From Ascidiella aspersa (Eukaryota): 64,000 nucleotides of DNA. The notes below the pieces were generated by a model. It made no database searches, was not told where the DNA came from, and worked only from the letters and a program-made list of their open reading frames with translations. Each line of letters begins with the position of its first letter. The stretch's first letter is position 1. The stretch covers positions 12,276,001 to 12,340,000 of the forward strand of contig OZ004607.1 in the NCBI GenBank assembly GCA_963924565.1, given 5' to 3'. The position numbers were made by a program, and so were the translations under genes. Below are positions 23,501 through 34,800 of this stretch, one piece after another.

Positions 23501-24154
23501 CGTGTACTGGTGCCTCAATAGACTGCTGCCAGGGGTTCAGTGAGCCGGTTAATAGAATATTGCGCTTAATATAAAGCAATATCGTGTTTATTTACGTTCG
23601 CGTAAATGACTGCGTGCTCAGGCAAAACAGTTTAAAAGTAGAGCAGAAAAAATTGGGGAAAACTTGACCTTTTTTAAATAAATTAATCGTCAAAAGATAA
23701 CCTTTTTAACGTGACGAATAAAAACACCCTCGATCAAAAAGACCGAAAATAGAACAACATTACCGGCAGAATCAAAAACAGTTAAAAATAAAACCAAAAT
23801 AGGACTAATAGCCAATAGTCTGAAAGATAACCTAATTAGGAACAAGAACTGAAGATATTACTGCTCATTTGGTTTTATATTGTCGCTGGTCTTGATACGA
23901 TTGCATACAGATAAATTACCTTTATATATTGTTTTTTGAAGGTCCTATCGTGTGTTCCTATATAAATGTATCACAGCCGTGATAATACAACCGCAAAAAA
24001 GCTGTACTGCATCCTATTGAGCCCACTGTTGTCGAGAACTGTGTAAAACGTCTTGGTGCCCCATTGCCGAATCTTCTTTTCGCGCGTTTTTATTTGTGTC
24101 TATATTTTCAGCAGATCCAAACTGGCGCGAAAAAGGCAAACCGTCGAGACTTGA
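2431..24154 (+). CDS. KIF1A: Kinesin-3 KIF1A/KIF1B (unc-104) ortholog, 3' half (stalk, KIF1B/DUF3694 regions, PH domain); motor/FHA exons lie upstream of the window
   Basis: Phase-consistent GT-AG exon chain: 2431-2515, 3112-3308, 3967-4139, 5122-5250, 6025(or 6016)-6357, 7204-7322, 7752-7858, 8413-8593, 9479-9611, 10472-10562, 11148-11266, 11858-11913, 12218-12329, 12974-13128, 14663-14771, 14993-15016, 15297-15411, 16017-16147, 18227-18437, 18983-19176, 19820-19970, 20570-20629, 21099-21226, 21859-22014, 22640-22826, 23332-23450, 24115-24154. Diagnostic peptides: [108 protein letters not shown]. Confidence 0.96.
3112..3308 (+). CDS. KIF1A: KIF1 exon ...[38 protein letters not shown]
   Basis: ttccag|...cag|gtgcg; highly conserved unc-104 motif. 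Confidence 0.95.
3967..4139 (+). CDS. KIF1A: KIF1 exon [17 protein letters not shown]...[13 protein letters not shown]
   Basis: cgcag|...ag|gtata; conserved motif. Confidence 0.95.
5122..5250 (+). CDS. KIF1A: KIF1 exon [13 protein letters not shown]...[15 protein letters not shown]
   Basis: ccccag|...ag|gtaatg; phase 2-2. Confidence 0.92.
6025..6357 (+). CDS. KIF1A: KIF1 cassette exon SPPNFHLSC...RSPTLG...[16 protein letters not shown] (alternative acceptor at 6016)
   Basis: Open frame; 333 nt (342 from the upstream AG), symmetric phase 2-2; ends in DPFYDR motif, donor |gttggt. Confidence 0.85.
6506..6851. mobile_element. Non-autonomous hAT-type MITE with GGACTCG subterminal arrays
   Basis: TIRs CAGGCTGCGGAGTCGG / CCGACTCCGCAGCCCTG; flanks ctttaaag / ctttgaag (7/8 TSD). 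Confidence 0.85.
7204..7322 (+). CDS. KIF1A: KIF1 exon [39 protein letters not shown]
   Basis: cctag|...g|gtaag; conserved motif. Confidence 0.95.
7752..7858 (+). CDS. KIF1A: KIF1 exon ...[17 protein letters not shown]
   Basis: tccag|...|gtatgt; RQSxTAxIxFD motif. Confidence 0.88.
8413..8593 (+). CDS. KIF1A: KIF1 exon LEELASES...[11 protein letters not shown]...GCE
   Basis: ctttag|...g|gtggg; RVVEG motif; phase fits neighbours. Confidence 0.85.
9479..9611 (+). CDS. KIF1A: KIF1 exon ...[32 protein letters not shown]
   Basis: caccag|...aa|gtaag. Confidence 0.95.
9666..9963. mobile_element. hAT-Charlie-type MITE
   Basis: TIRs CAGTGGTTCTCAACC / GGTTGAGAACCGCTG; TSD degenerate. Confidence 0.8.
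10472..10562 (+). CDS. KIF1A: KIF1 exon [30 protein letters not shown]
   Basis: tttcag|...|gtaag. Confidence 0.96.
11148..11266 (+). CDS. KIF1A: KIF1 exon [39 protein letters not shown]
   Basis: tttcag|...ag|gtggg. Confidence 0.93.
11858..11913 (+). CDS. KIF1A: KIF1 exon [18 protein letters not shown]
   Basis: aatag|...g|gtgag; PLSKPV motif spans the junction. Confidence 0.85.
12218..12329 (+). CDS. KIF1A: KIF1 exon VPATS...[16 protein letters not shown]
   Basis: ttgcag|...ga|gtaag. Confidence 0.94.
12974..13128 (+). CDS. KIF1A: KIF1 exon ...[20 protein letters not shown]...WKDVKEVVV
   Basis: gcgcag|...g|gtgag; DUF3694 motif. Confidence 0.95.
13452..14428. mobile_element. Non-autonomous hAT (Ac-like TAGGGATG ends) element, ~977 bp
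   Basis: TIRs TAGGGATGCTCAAAGTAGAAT / ATTCTACTTTGAACATCCCTA, perfect 8-bp TSD GTTGGGAC (13444-13451, 14429-14436), GGATTCG subterminal repeats. Confidence 0.92.
14663..14771 (+). CDS. KIF1A: KIF1 exon GRIRKK...[20 protein letters not shown]
   Basis: ccgcag|...ag|gtgag. Confidence 0.92.
14993..15016 (+). CDS. KIF1A: KIF1 24-nt microexon (ISYGRDTR)
   Basis: Long U-rich tract, ttttcag|AATCTCCTATGGAAGAGATACAAG|gtaagt; symmetric phase 2-2, in frame, no stop. Confidence 0.75.
15297..15411 (+). CDS. KIF1A: KIF1 exon [38 protein letters not shown]
   Basis: tcgcag|...|gtgagt; WDSSLHNS motif. Confidence 0.96.
15380..15674 (+). repeat. Diverged tandem duplication (~145 bp x2) covering an exon end and its 5' splice site
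   Basis: AGGTCTACATCACTCTC..TTTATTTGGAAGTGAGTGAAAA at 15380 and 15524; shared CTGCCTGCATAAAC..AACTACCG..AGATTT. Confidence 0.9.
16017..16147 (+). CDS. KIF1A: KIF1 exon [25 protein letters not shown]...
   Basis: tcacag|...ag|gtgac. Confidence 0.93.
16284..16560. mobile_element. Penelope-like element remnant: inverted pLTR-like fragments around a hammerhead motif
   Basis: 16284-16329 is the reverse complement of 16514-16560, and 16329-16360 of 16381-16411; hammerhead core in the right arm. Confidence 0.65.
16462..16505 (+). ncRNA. Minimal type-I hammerhead ribozyme motif
   Basis: UUUACA-CUGAUGA-U-GGCA..UGCU-GAAA-CG-UC^-UGUAAA: intact core, 6-bp stem I, short stem II, palindromic ACGU in place of stem III. 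Confidence 0.7.
16961..17122. mobile_element. Left end of a degenerate hAT-type element with CCGATA/TATCGG subterminal repeats
   Basis: TAAGGATGTTCGATAC (TAGGGATG-like) followed by clustered ccgatac/gtatcgg/gatcgg; partner end not found. Confidence 0.5.
18227..18437 (+). CDS. KIF1A: KIF1 exon [11 protein letters not shown]...[24 protein letters not shown]...LE
   Basis: ctacag|...|gtgct. Confidence 0.96.
18983..19176 (+). CDS. KIF1A: KIF1 exon [12 protein letters not shown]...
   Basis: gttcag|...aa|gtatgc; VEKTRH motif. Confidence 0.88.
19460..19696. mobile_element. hAT-Charlie-type MITE
   Basis: TIRs CAGGGGTTCTTA / TAAGAACCCCTG; internal GGGGTCC repeats; target-like acatagac / atatagac nearby. 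Confidence 0.8.
19820..19970 (+). CDS. KIF1A: KIF1 exon [10 protein letters not shown]...DKELARK
   Basis: poly-T tag|...|gtatt; ELAxK|C junction. Confidence 0.85.
20570..20629 (+). CDS. KIF1A: KIF1 exon [20 protein letters not shown]
   Basis: tcttag|...|gtgtg; 60 nt, phase 0-0. Confidence 0.8.
21099..21226 (+). CDS. KIF1A: KIF1 exon LAEAHNESG...SETA
   Basis: acttag|...ag|gtgat; phase fits; low-conservation linker. Confidence 0.75.
21859..22014 (+). CDS. KIF1A: KIF1 exon SGRPSVG...[11 protein letters not shown]
   Basis: ttccag|cag tandem acceptor; EIRVS|P junction into the PH domain. Confidence 0.88.
22640..22826 (+). CDS. KIF1A: KIF1 PH-domain exon [14 protein letters not shown]...[12 protein letters not shown]...NLAST
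   Basis: tcgcag|...|gtcag; KIF1-type PH domain. Confidence 0.96.
23332..23450 (+). CDS. KIF1A: KIF1 PH-domain exon [39 protein letters not shown]
   Basis: tttcag|...ag|gtata. Confidence 0.96.
24115..24154 (+). CDS. KIF1A: KIF1 last coding exon [13 protein letters not shown]-stop
   Basis: ttcagcag| acceptor, TGA at 24152-24154; RSKL C-terminus; U-rich 3'UTR with AATAAA near 24755 and 25091. Confidence 0.92.
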
Positions 24155-27100
24155 TGACGTCATTCCCCTGGCAACCAATTCGCACCGCCGCCTTCGCCAT
24201 AGTAACAGACGCAAAAAGTCTCTGCATGAATAAGTTATATCGTGTTGATCGATGTGCAAAGATACCGTTCGCCAGTCTAAGCTTATTGACGTGCAATGGC
24301 CGTATAGAGTATTAGATTTTTTTCTCATATAGAGTGCAGCAAATGTTACCTGTTTATTTTTCACCGTCAGTATTGTAGATTTGCGCGCAGTTTTCGGGAA
24401 AGTCAGTGTCTAATTTTGTTCGACAAAAGCGATTTGTGTTAATTCAGTCCACCGAATGATCGTGTAATGCAGTCTATACCTAATCCAGTAGATTCCAACC
24501 ACAATCTTTTTGTTAAAAGCATTTAACAGAAAGTATGCCTTTAATCTTTTTGTGTTTAGTGTGTTAAATATTTCACAAGATTTAAAATATTTGTCCATTG
24601 AATTTTTCGCAAAAATTGCAGATAACCTTATCCTTCTTGATATTTTTCTTTATTGAGTCGAGATTTATTGAGTAGTACGCAATCGAATTTAGTTTAAAGT
24701 TTATTGAAAGCATGCCCCTGTTTGATAGTATTACGTATCCACCTTCAATGCAGCAATAAACGTCGTAACAATCGTATTGCAAGTTGAGCGTTCTTGTATC
24801 TATTCGTCACTCTATCTTCATTAATTTTGCAGAGTATTTACGCACACTGGCTGTACGATAGCGTCATGTGGCGTAGCCCAAACTATATTTTGACATCTTT
24901 GATTCGTTCACATTAGCATGTATTTATTTATTTTCCCACCGATATATCATTATTTTTCATAAATCCTTTTCTTACGTTTTTTCTTTTGTATTTACTCCCC
25001 GCTGTTTTGTCGCTCACTAACTAGCTCACACTTTTGTTTATATTGTTTTTTTACTTTACCTTTGAACACAATCATAGCTGTCCAGTTAATAATAAAAGTT
25101 ACTGATAATATAAAAGCAAAAAAATTCTATATTGCGATGTGCGGTCCTGCCAATTGCCCAAACTTAACCACTGCCAACGCCACTGTACGTTCCACCATAC
25201 GACTAACATCCTCTCAACAATATTACTACCAACGCTATACTGTGAACTCAGCAGACCGCAAAAATAATGCAGTGCAATTTTTGGTTCCTTGTTCTTTAGT
25301 TTATTTTTCTACGTTCTTCATCAGTGTTCATTTTTTTCTTCATTGCAGTACTGCCAGCATACGCTCGAACTCGGTAAAAACTCGCTTATTTATCAAATCA
25401 GATAATAACTTGTGGGATATAATTTAACCAACCTTTTTGGTTGTTGCATTTGCAATTCCGCTTATTCTGGTGCTATTTGTGATTTTGTTGTTTCCAATTG
25501 TAAGTTTTGTCATCCATCTCTAAATTCTCTAAACACTTTCATGTGTAATCAAGTCTGGACAATTTACCAGTATTAAATCGTATCTTGGTGGTCGGAGGTT
25601 GAATTAGGACGAAAGGCCAACATTTATCGTGTGCTTACTATAAGTGTGAATTGCATGTTGAACAATATTCTTTGTAAATGGCCGTATTTGTCTAATTCTA
25701 AATTAGGGTAATCAGGTGGCAGTATATAACGACAAATCGTATTGAATCTTGACTTACAATTTGTCTAGAGATTTCAATACAATTTGTTTCTATATAGTGC
25801 CACCTGATTACCTTCTGTTTAATAAGTTGACGTCCTGACTGGTAAGTGACCATTGCTGTATCGTGTTGCGGAATCGCCTTCGCCCATTTGTGTCGTAGAT
25901 TTCGTGACCGCATTTGTCGGATGTGGTAATTTGGTTCTTCTGTCGTAAGAATAGAGTTTATCGGTGTATGGCAAGTGGTCACATATTCATTACTTATTCA
26001 GGTATTCAAAACCAGGCTTAAAGGTCAGAACGGAACGAATTATTTTTGTTTTCAAAATCGAAAATATTTGAGACACTGTCGGTGTCGGCATTGGTGAAAG
26101 TGTGACAGCTTTCCAGGTAAAAACAACCGTAAACACTGGGAAATGTCATAGTAATGAATTTACTTGAAACCAACATTGGTGGCAAATGCATTCTTGTTTT
26201 CAGAGACTGGCTATGCCATTATAAACAATGTATGTATGCCTACATATATATTTGACCCTTTAATCTACATACGATTCGATATTATTTTCAACATCTTTAA
26301 AATACTCCAGAATGCATTCGACCCGACCATCGCCTACTTATTGCCAATACAGGAAACAATTAATTCGTGCCATGCTTTTCGCTACTGCTACAAAAACCAA
26401 GGGTCATGTACTATGTGGGCTATATTTATGCACTGATCGGTAATAATCATTTTCTGGAGAAGGGGGTAGGCTAGGCAGCTATCTACCGTAATTTTTGAAT
26501 TATAAACTGTAAAACAACTCTTCAAAAATATTCAGACTTAGTAAAAGACCAAGATAAGTTTCAGGGTTTACCTAAAGAATGATTTCCAGTTGAGAGCAAT
26601 CTAGAATTTTGTTAAGAACAAGAAATAATATGTAGTAGGCTATATTCCATCGTTGACATTTCGACCGCAAAAAGCATTCAAAAATAACTCCTGCCATTTA
26701 AAGTTGAATGGGTATCAAATAAATTAGAAATCCTTTAGAAAAAATTGGTGGTTGCAAAATTTTCCTGTTTGAAAAAAATGTTAGAAAATGATTACATACA
26801 TAATATTTATGTTTTCACTAAATCCGTTTTTACAGTCGTAAAACGAACTAGTCCACGCCACTGCGCTTTACGCAGGTTTCATGAGGGACGAAGTGACAAT
26901 TTTTTTGGTTGCTGCCCAATCCAACATTTTCAACACTTAGGCAGAAAGACGGGGATTTTTGTACATGCTGAATATGTAGCTGACTTAAAGATGCCCGGTT
27001 ATAGCGGATTGCGGCTGATTTACAGATGCCCGGTTACGGAAGACAGGTTGATGGCAAACACCGAGCAAAGGTGTAACATCCACTGCGCAAATGTCATGGC

Positions 27101-28676
27101 GAAGCCGCTGGATTGTGGCGTGTTTGTTCTCAAACATATTTCGTCAGAGCTTGCGCGAAGCGGGACCTTATTAAACTTACAAGGGCCAAGAGGCCTTTTT
27201 CGTAGGCAAAGGTTAAGCTAGCATTTTGAACTTTTTAATAGTGCTGAACTCCTTTGGTTCGTGTACGGTAGCACTGTAAAAACGTTATTTTCATCAAGGG
27301 TTCAAAGTCTAATCCTTTAAAAACTTTTACCCTTCAATAAACCTCGTGTGGGCTAAATTATTTTAACGTTTTGACCTGGTTCTAAAACAATGTTCTTATT
27401 TTTAACTAGATCTACATGATATATTTGTTCAAAGCGAAAAAAAAAATTAATACATTTTTTTAGTTCATACCCTGGGCACGCGTGTGCGCCTTTAAGATTC
27501 ATCTTAACCCCTGCGCCAACGATCGCATAATAAGTTTTTATTTCGACCCCTGCGCACGAGGTCGCATTTTATCTTCTTGTTTAGTCTCGCGGTCGGCGCG
27601 CTTAGCCCGGCAGAAAAAGGCCGGCGAGTCTGGTATTGTTCGGAGGCCTGCAGCGCAGTTTTGCTCGCTCAATGCTGCAAAGGTGGCCCTGATTTGGCGA
27701 CGAAAATGCCAGCGTTTAATGTTGGTGCTTAAACGTAAGTTTCAGTCATGTTAAGGACTTTTGATCTGCTGATAGGTAGTCTCAACCGACGCTACGCGAC
27801 GAACGCAGAAAGCCGCAGTGGCAACTGTTAGTTGTGAGTAATTATTTTGCGGTTGTGTTTCTTATTGCAATTTCTGAATATTTGCTTTAACAACCTGTTA
27901 GTATCTCCACTTTTAAAACTTCAAGGCAGTCGAAACAGCACGGAATACTACTACGTAAGCACTATAAAAGAAGTCCTTAGTGTTCAGTAGTAAGGGAGTA
28001 AAGCAAGTACAATACTTTTAGGTTAATAAATGGCACTACCTTAAGAAAGTTTTTGTTGGTGGTCTATGAACCAACCAGTCTATAAAAAGCTGAAACACTA
28101 ACAGGCAGTTTCATTAGGTTGTTGGCCAGACATGCTTCTAGCGTAGCAACGCGTTATGCGTAATTTCTAATCGGTATCGTAATCTGTAAAGTTCTTGTAT
28201 TGCCTGAAAGTTCTTCCACATTACACCGTGTCGTTTATATGTACAGCGAAAAGGCCTTGTGTACAGCCGCTTGTTGTCGGATGTGTATTGCACGGCGAAG
28301 CTTGTAGGCTAAAACGACATCGCATCTGCTAAAAGCCAGCGGCGGCCCGACAGCCTTCTTTCCTCGGCAGATTCCCCGTCTCAGACCTCGACAGCACTTG
28401 CGGTCCCACTTTTGCCGGGCGCCAATTTGAAGGATTACTCTGTGATGAAAAGGCGGTAGCTCAAGTTGGCCCGTAACAGTTCACCGGACATATAAAGTAG
28501 AAACGCCAGACCCAAAAGTGTGTCTTGACTGTGCTGCTTCATTGAACAGAAATTACTGTAAGAACCAAATCAGTCATCGGCTAAACCCTTTAAAGGGAAA
28601 ATGCAAGCCTGATCGAGAAACGGAAACTGAGGAAAGCGGACTGTCACTCACACAGACCTGTGCCCAATTTAAAACG

Positions 28677-28860
28677 ATGAATTTAAGGACCTGTCAAACT
28701 GGGATACCGATCTCGCGGCAAATAAGCGCTTTGATCATTGTTGGGCTTTTATTAGGAATAACAGTTGGCGCCAGAACAACCAAAGTCAAGTTGGAAAGTC
28801 GTCCGATCAAGTTTGAAACAAAGGAGCACTTGGAATCAAATCTGCAAAGTCAAGTAGCAG
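28677..28860 (+). CDS. ADAMTS7/12: ADAMTS exon 1: signal peptide MNLRTCQ...[15 protein letters not shown]
   Basis: ATG at 28677, hydrophobic core, donor g|gtcagt, phase 1 matches the next exon. Confidence 0.8.
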
Positions 28861-31800
28861 GTCAGTGACTTCGTGAGGGTTGAATGTCCTGGTGTCGCAG
28901 TGCGTTTTCCCGTTTTATTTGTCGAACCAACGCGACGTAGGTTTTCCGCAGGCAATTGTGTTTTGTTTGAGCACTTGTAACCTTTTGGAATGTAGTGGCG
29001 TATTGAACGGGGACCCAAGGTTGTCGTCGACATTTATAACGTTTTAAAGAAGAACCAACAGATTTAACGTGGCTTGTTTTAGGTGTTCCACACACTCACG
29101 TTTTCCAGAAGCGCTATTGGGTTTACCAAGGGAAAACGTTAACTTAAAAATGTGTTTGACGAGATAAAAGTACATATTCGAATGTATGCTGTAAATCCTT
29201 AATCGATATCCTTTTCTTAGATACCCATGGCATAGGTATTAAGCAAATAATGTATTGACCTGAACGGATCCTTAGGCATAACTGCTAATCTCAGTCCACA
29301 TTTGTTGATTTTGGCACTTGCTTGAATGCGGCAGCCTGGGGCCTCGCAGACAAAGATGGCCGCCGAGCGCACGTGGACTTCTGTGTTGTCTGGAGCCGCG
29401 GGTTTATTTATAGGGCAAGCGTGCGACCGGCTTAGCGATAAAAGGTGTAGCAGACCGTCTCTGCATTAGCGTGGTTAAAGCGGTTTGATCGTACGTCTGA
29501 TCGAAGCCAAAATTGCAAGCTGTTCCTGAAGTTTTTGTCCTGAGCTACTTTCGTTAGCCTGCTCTGTTTTTCACGCTTCATAAAGAGCTGTACGCTTGGC
29601 GGTTTAGATCTTGTCTGTGGCGCAATAATGTGAAAATAATTGCGGTTAAACTGAGATGAGCTTAGTTCGAAACTTGCATCTTTATTTCGCCCTCATTCCT
29701 TACTTAACCTCGCTATCAAAGCGTCCACACAAAGTTACGGTTTGCATTATTTACGGCTAATAAACGTTTTTGTTAGAAGTTGTTTAGGTGAAACACTTGT
29801 GATTAATAATGCCTTACACCTAAAAAATACTTTTAACCGTTAGAATTTTCCTGAAATAAGGGTAATTTTTTCCAAAGCCTAAAATTAGGTTTTTTAATTT
29901 TGTTTAGTTTAGCGATAGTTTTGTCACAAACTTAAATTAAATAAATAAATAAGTAAATTTCGATATTAAAATTGCTTAAGTACAATTGGCAAAAGGGTAA
30001 ACACAAATTTTAATTAAAAAATGCAATAGGTTTAAATGGGAGGCATGTTTGGTTCGCAAAGTAAACATTTATATGTTACGAGGGCAAGCATAAATCTGCT
30101 GTGCTTGCTTGAGTCATAACTCCCGACACCCGATTGACAGATCTTGCGTCGTTGTTCGGATCAGCTGACAGCAAATCGAAGCAGGATGCCGAAGAATTTG
30201 ACATCACTCATCCGACGAGAGTAAATCACGTGGGCGATTTTATATCTCATCGAGTCAAGTTTGACTATGAAGAAGAAAAATCTCGGCGGAAACGCGACGT
30301 TGATGACGCCGGTGCCGATGGAAGACGACGAAACGACAATGTTTATTTTAAACTCCATGTTGGCAAAGGAGAAGTTACTGTCAACGTCACGCAAAATAGG
30401 TAATCTTTTGGTTACATCTATTTGTTAAATGGCGCAGTTTGATTTTCTGCTCGTAAAAATGTGCATAAAATTCTGTCTCGGTTGTTGTTTTCAACTATAT
30501 ACACGATTATTTCTAAGCAAGTAAAAGTGTTCTTATAGCGAAACTCAATACCTAAACTATCCAATCACTATATTTCTCCTTACTGTATCTATCCAATTTA
30601 CCCTTATAAATTTAACACTTTTTTATCTCAAACACCATTATTTTTCATTTTACTTCCCTTTCTAGAAGACAAACTTTCTTTTTTTCAGGAAATTGATCCA
30701 CCCCAATTTTGTAGTGGAGCGTGTCCACGACATCGAAAGAGCCGAACACGATTTTGACGAAGAAGATGACGCCATCATGCAAAGGTCCTCTCTTCAGCGG
30801 GGCACCAACTGGCCGTGTCACTACAGAGGTCACGTGATCGGCCACGACCAATCAAAAGTCGCCATCTCAACTTGTGATGGATTGGTGAGTTTGTATAAAG
30901 TCAATAAATTGTAAAATTTATTTGCCGGGAAGCATTGCGCAAGTGCAGCACAAATTGTTAATTTATCACTAGTGGCACCCTTCACAATATAAGAATCTCT
31001 AGCTCTAGAAATACTATATTATGAATTGTAACGAACAAATATTTTTGGATCGGTCTGCTTTTTTTACAAAATGATCCATGTTAAAGTGGAACTATTGCCC
31101 ATTGCTTATGGAATATTGGGATATTGCTTATCAAAAAACTGTGAGGCTGAAGTTTTTTAGCTTGATTGGCGTAAATTATCAAGGTGCAGATGCATGCTAG
31201 GACTGAACCCACTTTAAAATGCATACATCACCGTTATTATGTGTGTATCATATGCAAAGAGAGTTCTTGGGTTTACCTATGGGAAAAGTGCAGAGATATT
31301 TCACGAATGCATTTAATTTTAAATTTCGACCCAAAATAATATTTCCGGTATCTGATTCCGACTCGTTCCATCTTATTTAAGTGTTTTACCCTCACCCTTT
31401 GTTTAAACCGCATTCACTAGGTATTAAGTTTCAATTCACAGGGATAGTAAAATATATTTTTTCTCGCTTCCCATGCAAAATTCCCGTGGATTTGCCGACA
31501 TTGACCGATCTCGTCGCAAAAGTGTCCGCCACAAACTCATTGTCCTGTACGGATTCCTTGAGGTTTCAGTTACCTTTTTGTCACCCAGCTTGAAAACTGA
31601 TACCATAATTAGAACGTCAATCCTGGTTAAAGCCCGTCCCAAAGTTGTGTTGGTTCAACAAACACTGCACAGACCTTTGGGAGAGGTTAAAAACCGTCCC
31701 TAGAAGGGGTCCTAAAATTTTGAAATATGCCCAGGGTGCGGCGACCCACGCACTGCTAGAACAATTCTTTATTGCTATAAATAGAGTTATATCTAAAAAG

Positions 31801-34800
31801 AGGGGATAATCATTTACAACCGTGAGAAAATTCCTCGCAGGCACCCTCACTTGAGTGTACAAGTCTGCGAACCCGACTTTTTACGGTTTGCCACGCCAGA
31901 CCTTAAATTGACGCGTGATGGTCCTGGTTTACTTTCGAGTCACTTTAGACACAACTCGTCCTTAAATCTGTTGTTTTAGTGACTAAGGTTACCAGGGGCT
32001 ACTTGAACTTAGCCGCCGAACCCTGTGCTCAATCTCCTTATAAGGAGTTGCGCAACGCCACCTCATGAGCAATGCCAACTCAACGTTTCTATGCTGTTTC
32101 TACGCTTTTGTTTACACCAACGCATTCTTGCATTATAGGGGTATAATAGTGGAGAAATCTTAGAATAGATGTGTGAAATCTAACGCTAAAAATCTCTTAA
32201 AGTAGCCACGTTTGAAAACGTGTCGTCATTTTACACACAACAGTCTATAGGCCAGTTTAGACCACTTGTAGCACGCAAGTTAGTTTTTTGCGATTTCGTG
32301 AAACCGTCTCACTTTGTTTATCTTGTTCTCTTGCAATTTTCACAACCAGCGTACGTTTGCAGTCAGTTACCTGAACAAGTGTATTTCTTTAAATTTTATT
32401 GATGTATTGTACACTCAGATGACCGCGTTGGCCGCGCGTTATTATCTCGAAAAAGTTTTTTTTAATTGGTATATACTTTTGATTTATTACAACTTAAACC
32501 AGGTGTCCACATTCCCATGTGTACTGGTCTTGAATACAGGTGTCTGAGAGTAAAAATAGGAATTCACGGCATATTTCTTTTCTCAAGTGTCTTGCTAAGC
32601 TTATAATTAGCTTGACTCAATTTGTAGCGCGGCGCCCAATTGGTCCTTGTGGTTCAAGCGATCGCGGGTGGTCAAGGAGTTTTTCAAAAACTCTGTATAA
32701 TTGGTTTGAAAATAAACCTGCTTTCCCTTGGCCCACTTCTTTAATATAACTAGTGGGCCAATATAGATTTATTCAATAAATAAAGTGGCAAATGGACATC
32801 TTGTTCTACGTGTTGTGTAATATATGTTTCTGCGAAAACTCCTGATTTGGTAACTCCTAAAATACATGTGGATCCCGTTGGGCCAATGTAGTGTGTAGTT
32901 GATTGAATAATAGCTTGGTATGTTTTGCAGCGCAAGCTTTTGAGTAATGTTACATACTGTTAAACTCCCCATGGCGATGAATACATAGAAGCTTGTTTCA
33001 GATTGTAAAAATTGATTTAAAAGAATTCCTTATTTATCTCTTATGTTTCATTTTATATTTTCAAATTCACACTTTTACACGAACTGCACCTGCCTAAATT
33101 TAAACCATTAATTTTCGTGTCAATCAGACACAAAGTGGTGCAATTTTCAGTTTCAAACTACAATTGCATTAAATTTGAAATAGGGCGTGCACGGCGTTTG
33201 TCGAATTTCATGCTGACGTGATAATATTCATTGCCACACTTATAAATACACGTTCGTGACCGCAGCTTACATTTGGACTGTGTTCTAACGAAACAAATAT
33301 CACGTGCAATCTGTTATGTAATTGCGGCCTTGGAGGTTTTCCTTGAAACACTTATATGTGAAAATCAGTCAAACAAAAATTCCATGTCATGGATTGTGGC
33401 GTATTGACGCTATTCATAGTCGATTAGTCGTAAGCTGTTGTTTCGCGAAGCACACCCTTTTCGCGAATGCAACCTTGAGAGCGTATAATTGTTGCTAATG
33501 AGCTGGAATGCAAAACTCTCCCAAAATTACGTAGGCGGCTTGTTTGTTGCCAATCCTGCTTCTCTCAAAGGGCTTTAAACAAAAATAAATCGGCATTTGG
33601 AGCTTAAAACTTCTTTTCATATTTCATATGGTTAGCTGTGTTTATTTATATCCTCTTTGATAAAGCTGGTTAAGTTTATGTGGTTGTTGTTTCAATACAT
33701 TTGGTGTTACAACTGAACTTTCACTACTCCAAGTGTAAGTCTCAAATGCATTCAAAACCAAAGAACGCACGGTATAGGTAGTTTTCCATTGGTCGCCATC
33801 GGTTTTTAATACACAATTACTAAAGAGAATTTCACTTGCTAAATGCGCCGCTTTTATACATTCCAAAAGTCTTGCCTTGGGCTCGAGGAACATAGCTCGG
33901 CAGCCAACCTTTTGTTTATTATGACTGTTCGAGAAAAGGTGAAAAGAAAGTGCGTCTAGGCAGAGATGTTAACGTGAAGTGACTGGTAGTTAATTGGTTA
34001 TACTCAAACAGCCTTCCAGATTTTAAATAAACGTTTCGGCGTATCCGTTACCTAAAAAGTTCCCTGCCAATGCAAAACGCTTCGGGAGCCTTGGGATAGG
34101 GATAGAATCGTAGATGGACTGCGTCGTGTCTTCTATATAGGAAACCGTCCGACACTTTTAGCGGCTGCTAGCCCACTTTTAGCTGCTGATGCTCAGGTGA
34201 TCAAACACTTCTATTTTTTGTCTGTTTAAACGAAACCTGTTTAGCGACTTATCCTTTCAAAAACCCCTACTTCACATCTAATGCGATTTGCTTATAGCTT
34301 AGCGTATTTTGAAACCTAATAAAGTCTTATTTTTAGTACTTTTATTTCATATTTACATAGCCTATTAGGTTTAAAATAAATCTGTGGAGATTCGATATAT
34401 TGAGCCCCAATGCCTTAACGTCTAATATAAAATCACTTTTTGGTACAAACTAAACAAAACAAACATGTCGAATGGTCAATGGATAACATTCGTCCCTCGC
34501 GCGTTTTGAAGCACCAGTTAATCTTATTAGCCACCGTAAACCTTTTGTAGAAGAGAAATATGCGTCAAGCGTGCTTAAAGGCGTAAGTACCTAAACTTAT
34601 AAACTTTAAAGCCATCTCTTAAGAATATTTGCGTAGCCTAGATTGGACAGCTAAGCAGGGTAGCCTGATCTCCACGCTTAACTTTATGTACTTTAAAACC
34701 TGCTGACAATTGCGTAGGGGGCGTAATGTATTTAGCTGAGACATAGGCCTAAATATCTTCCGATATGCTAAACCAAAAGCACAACAATGTGAAACGGGGG

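Noticed and set aside
26745-27221. 158-aa + strand ORF between KIF1 and ADAMTS
   Set aside because: Non-ATG start, no recognisable domain, no convincing splice sites; contains only a short direct repeat (AGATGCCCGGTTA x2). More likely intergenic or regulatory sequence.
28518-28676. In-frame upstream extension of ADAMTS exon 1 from a GTG
   Set aside because: The ATG at 28677 directly precedes a signal peptide; the extension has no ATG and is probably 5'UTR.
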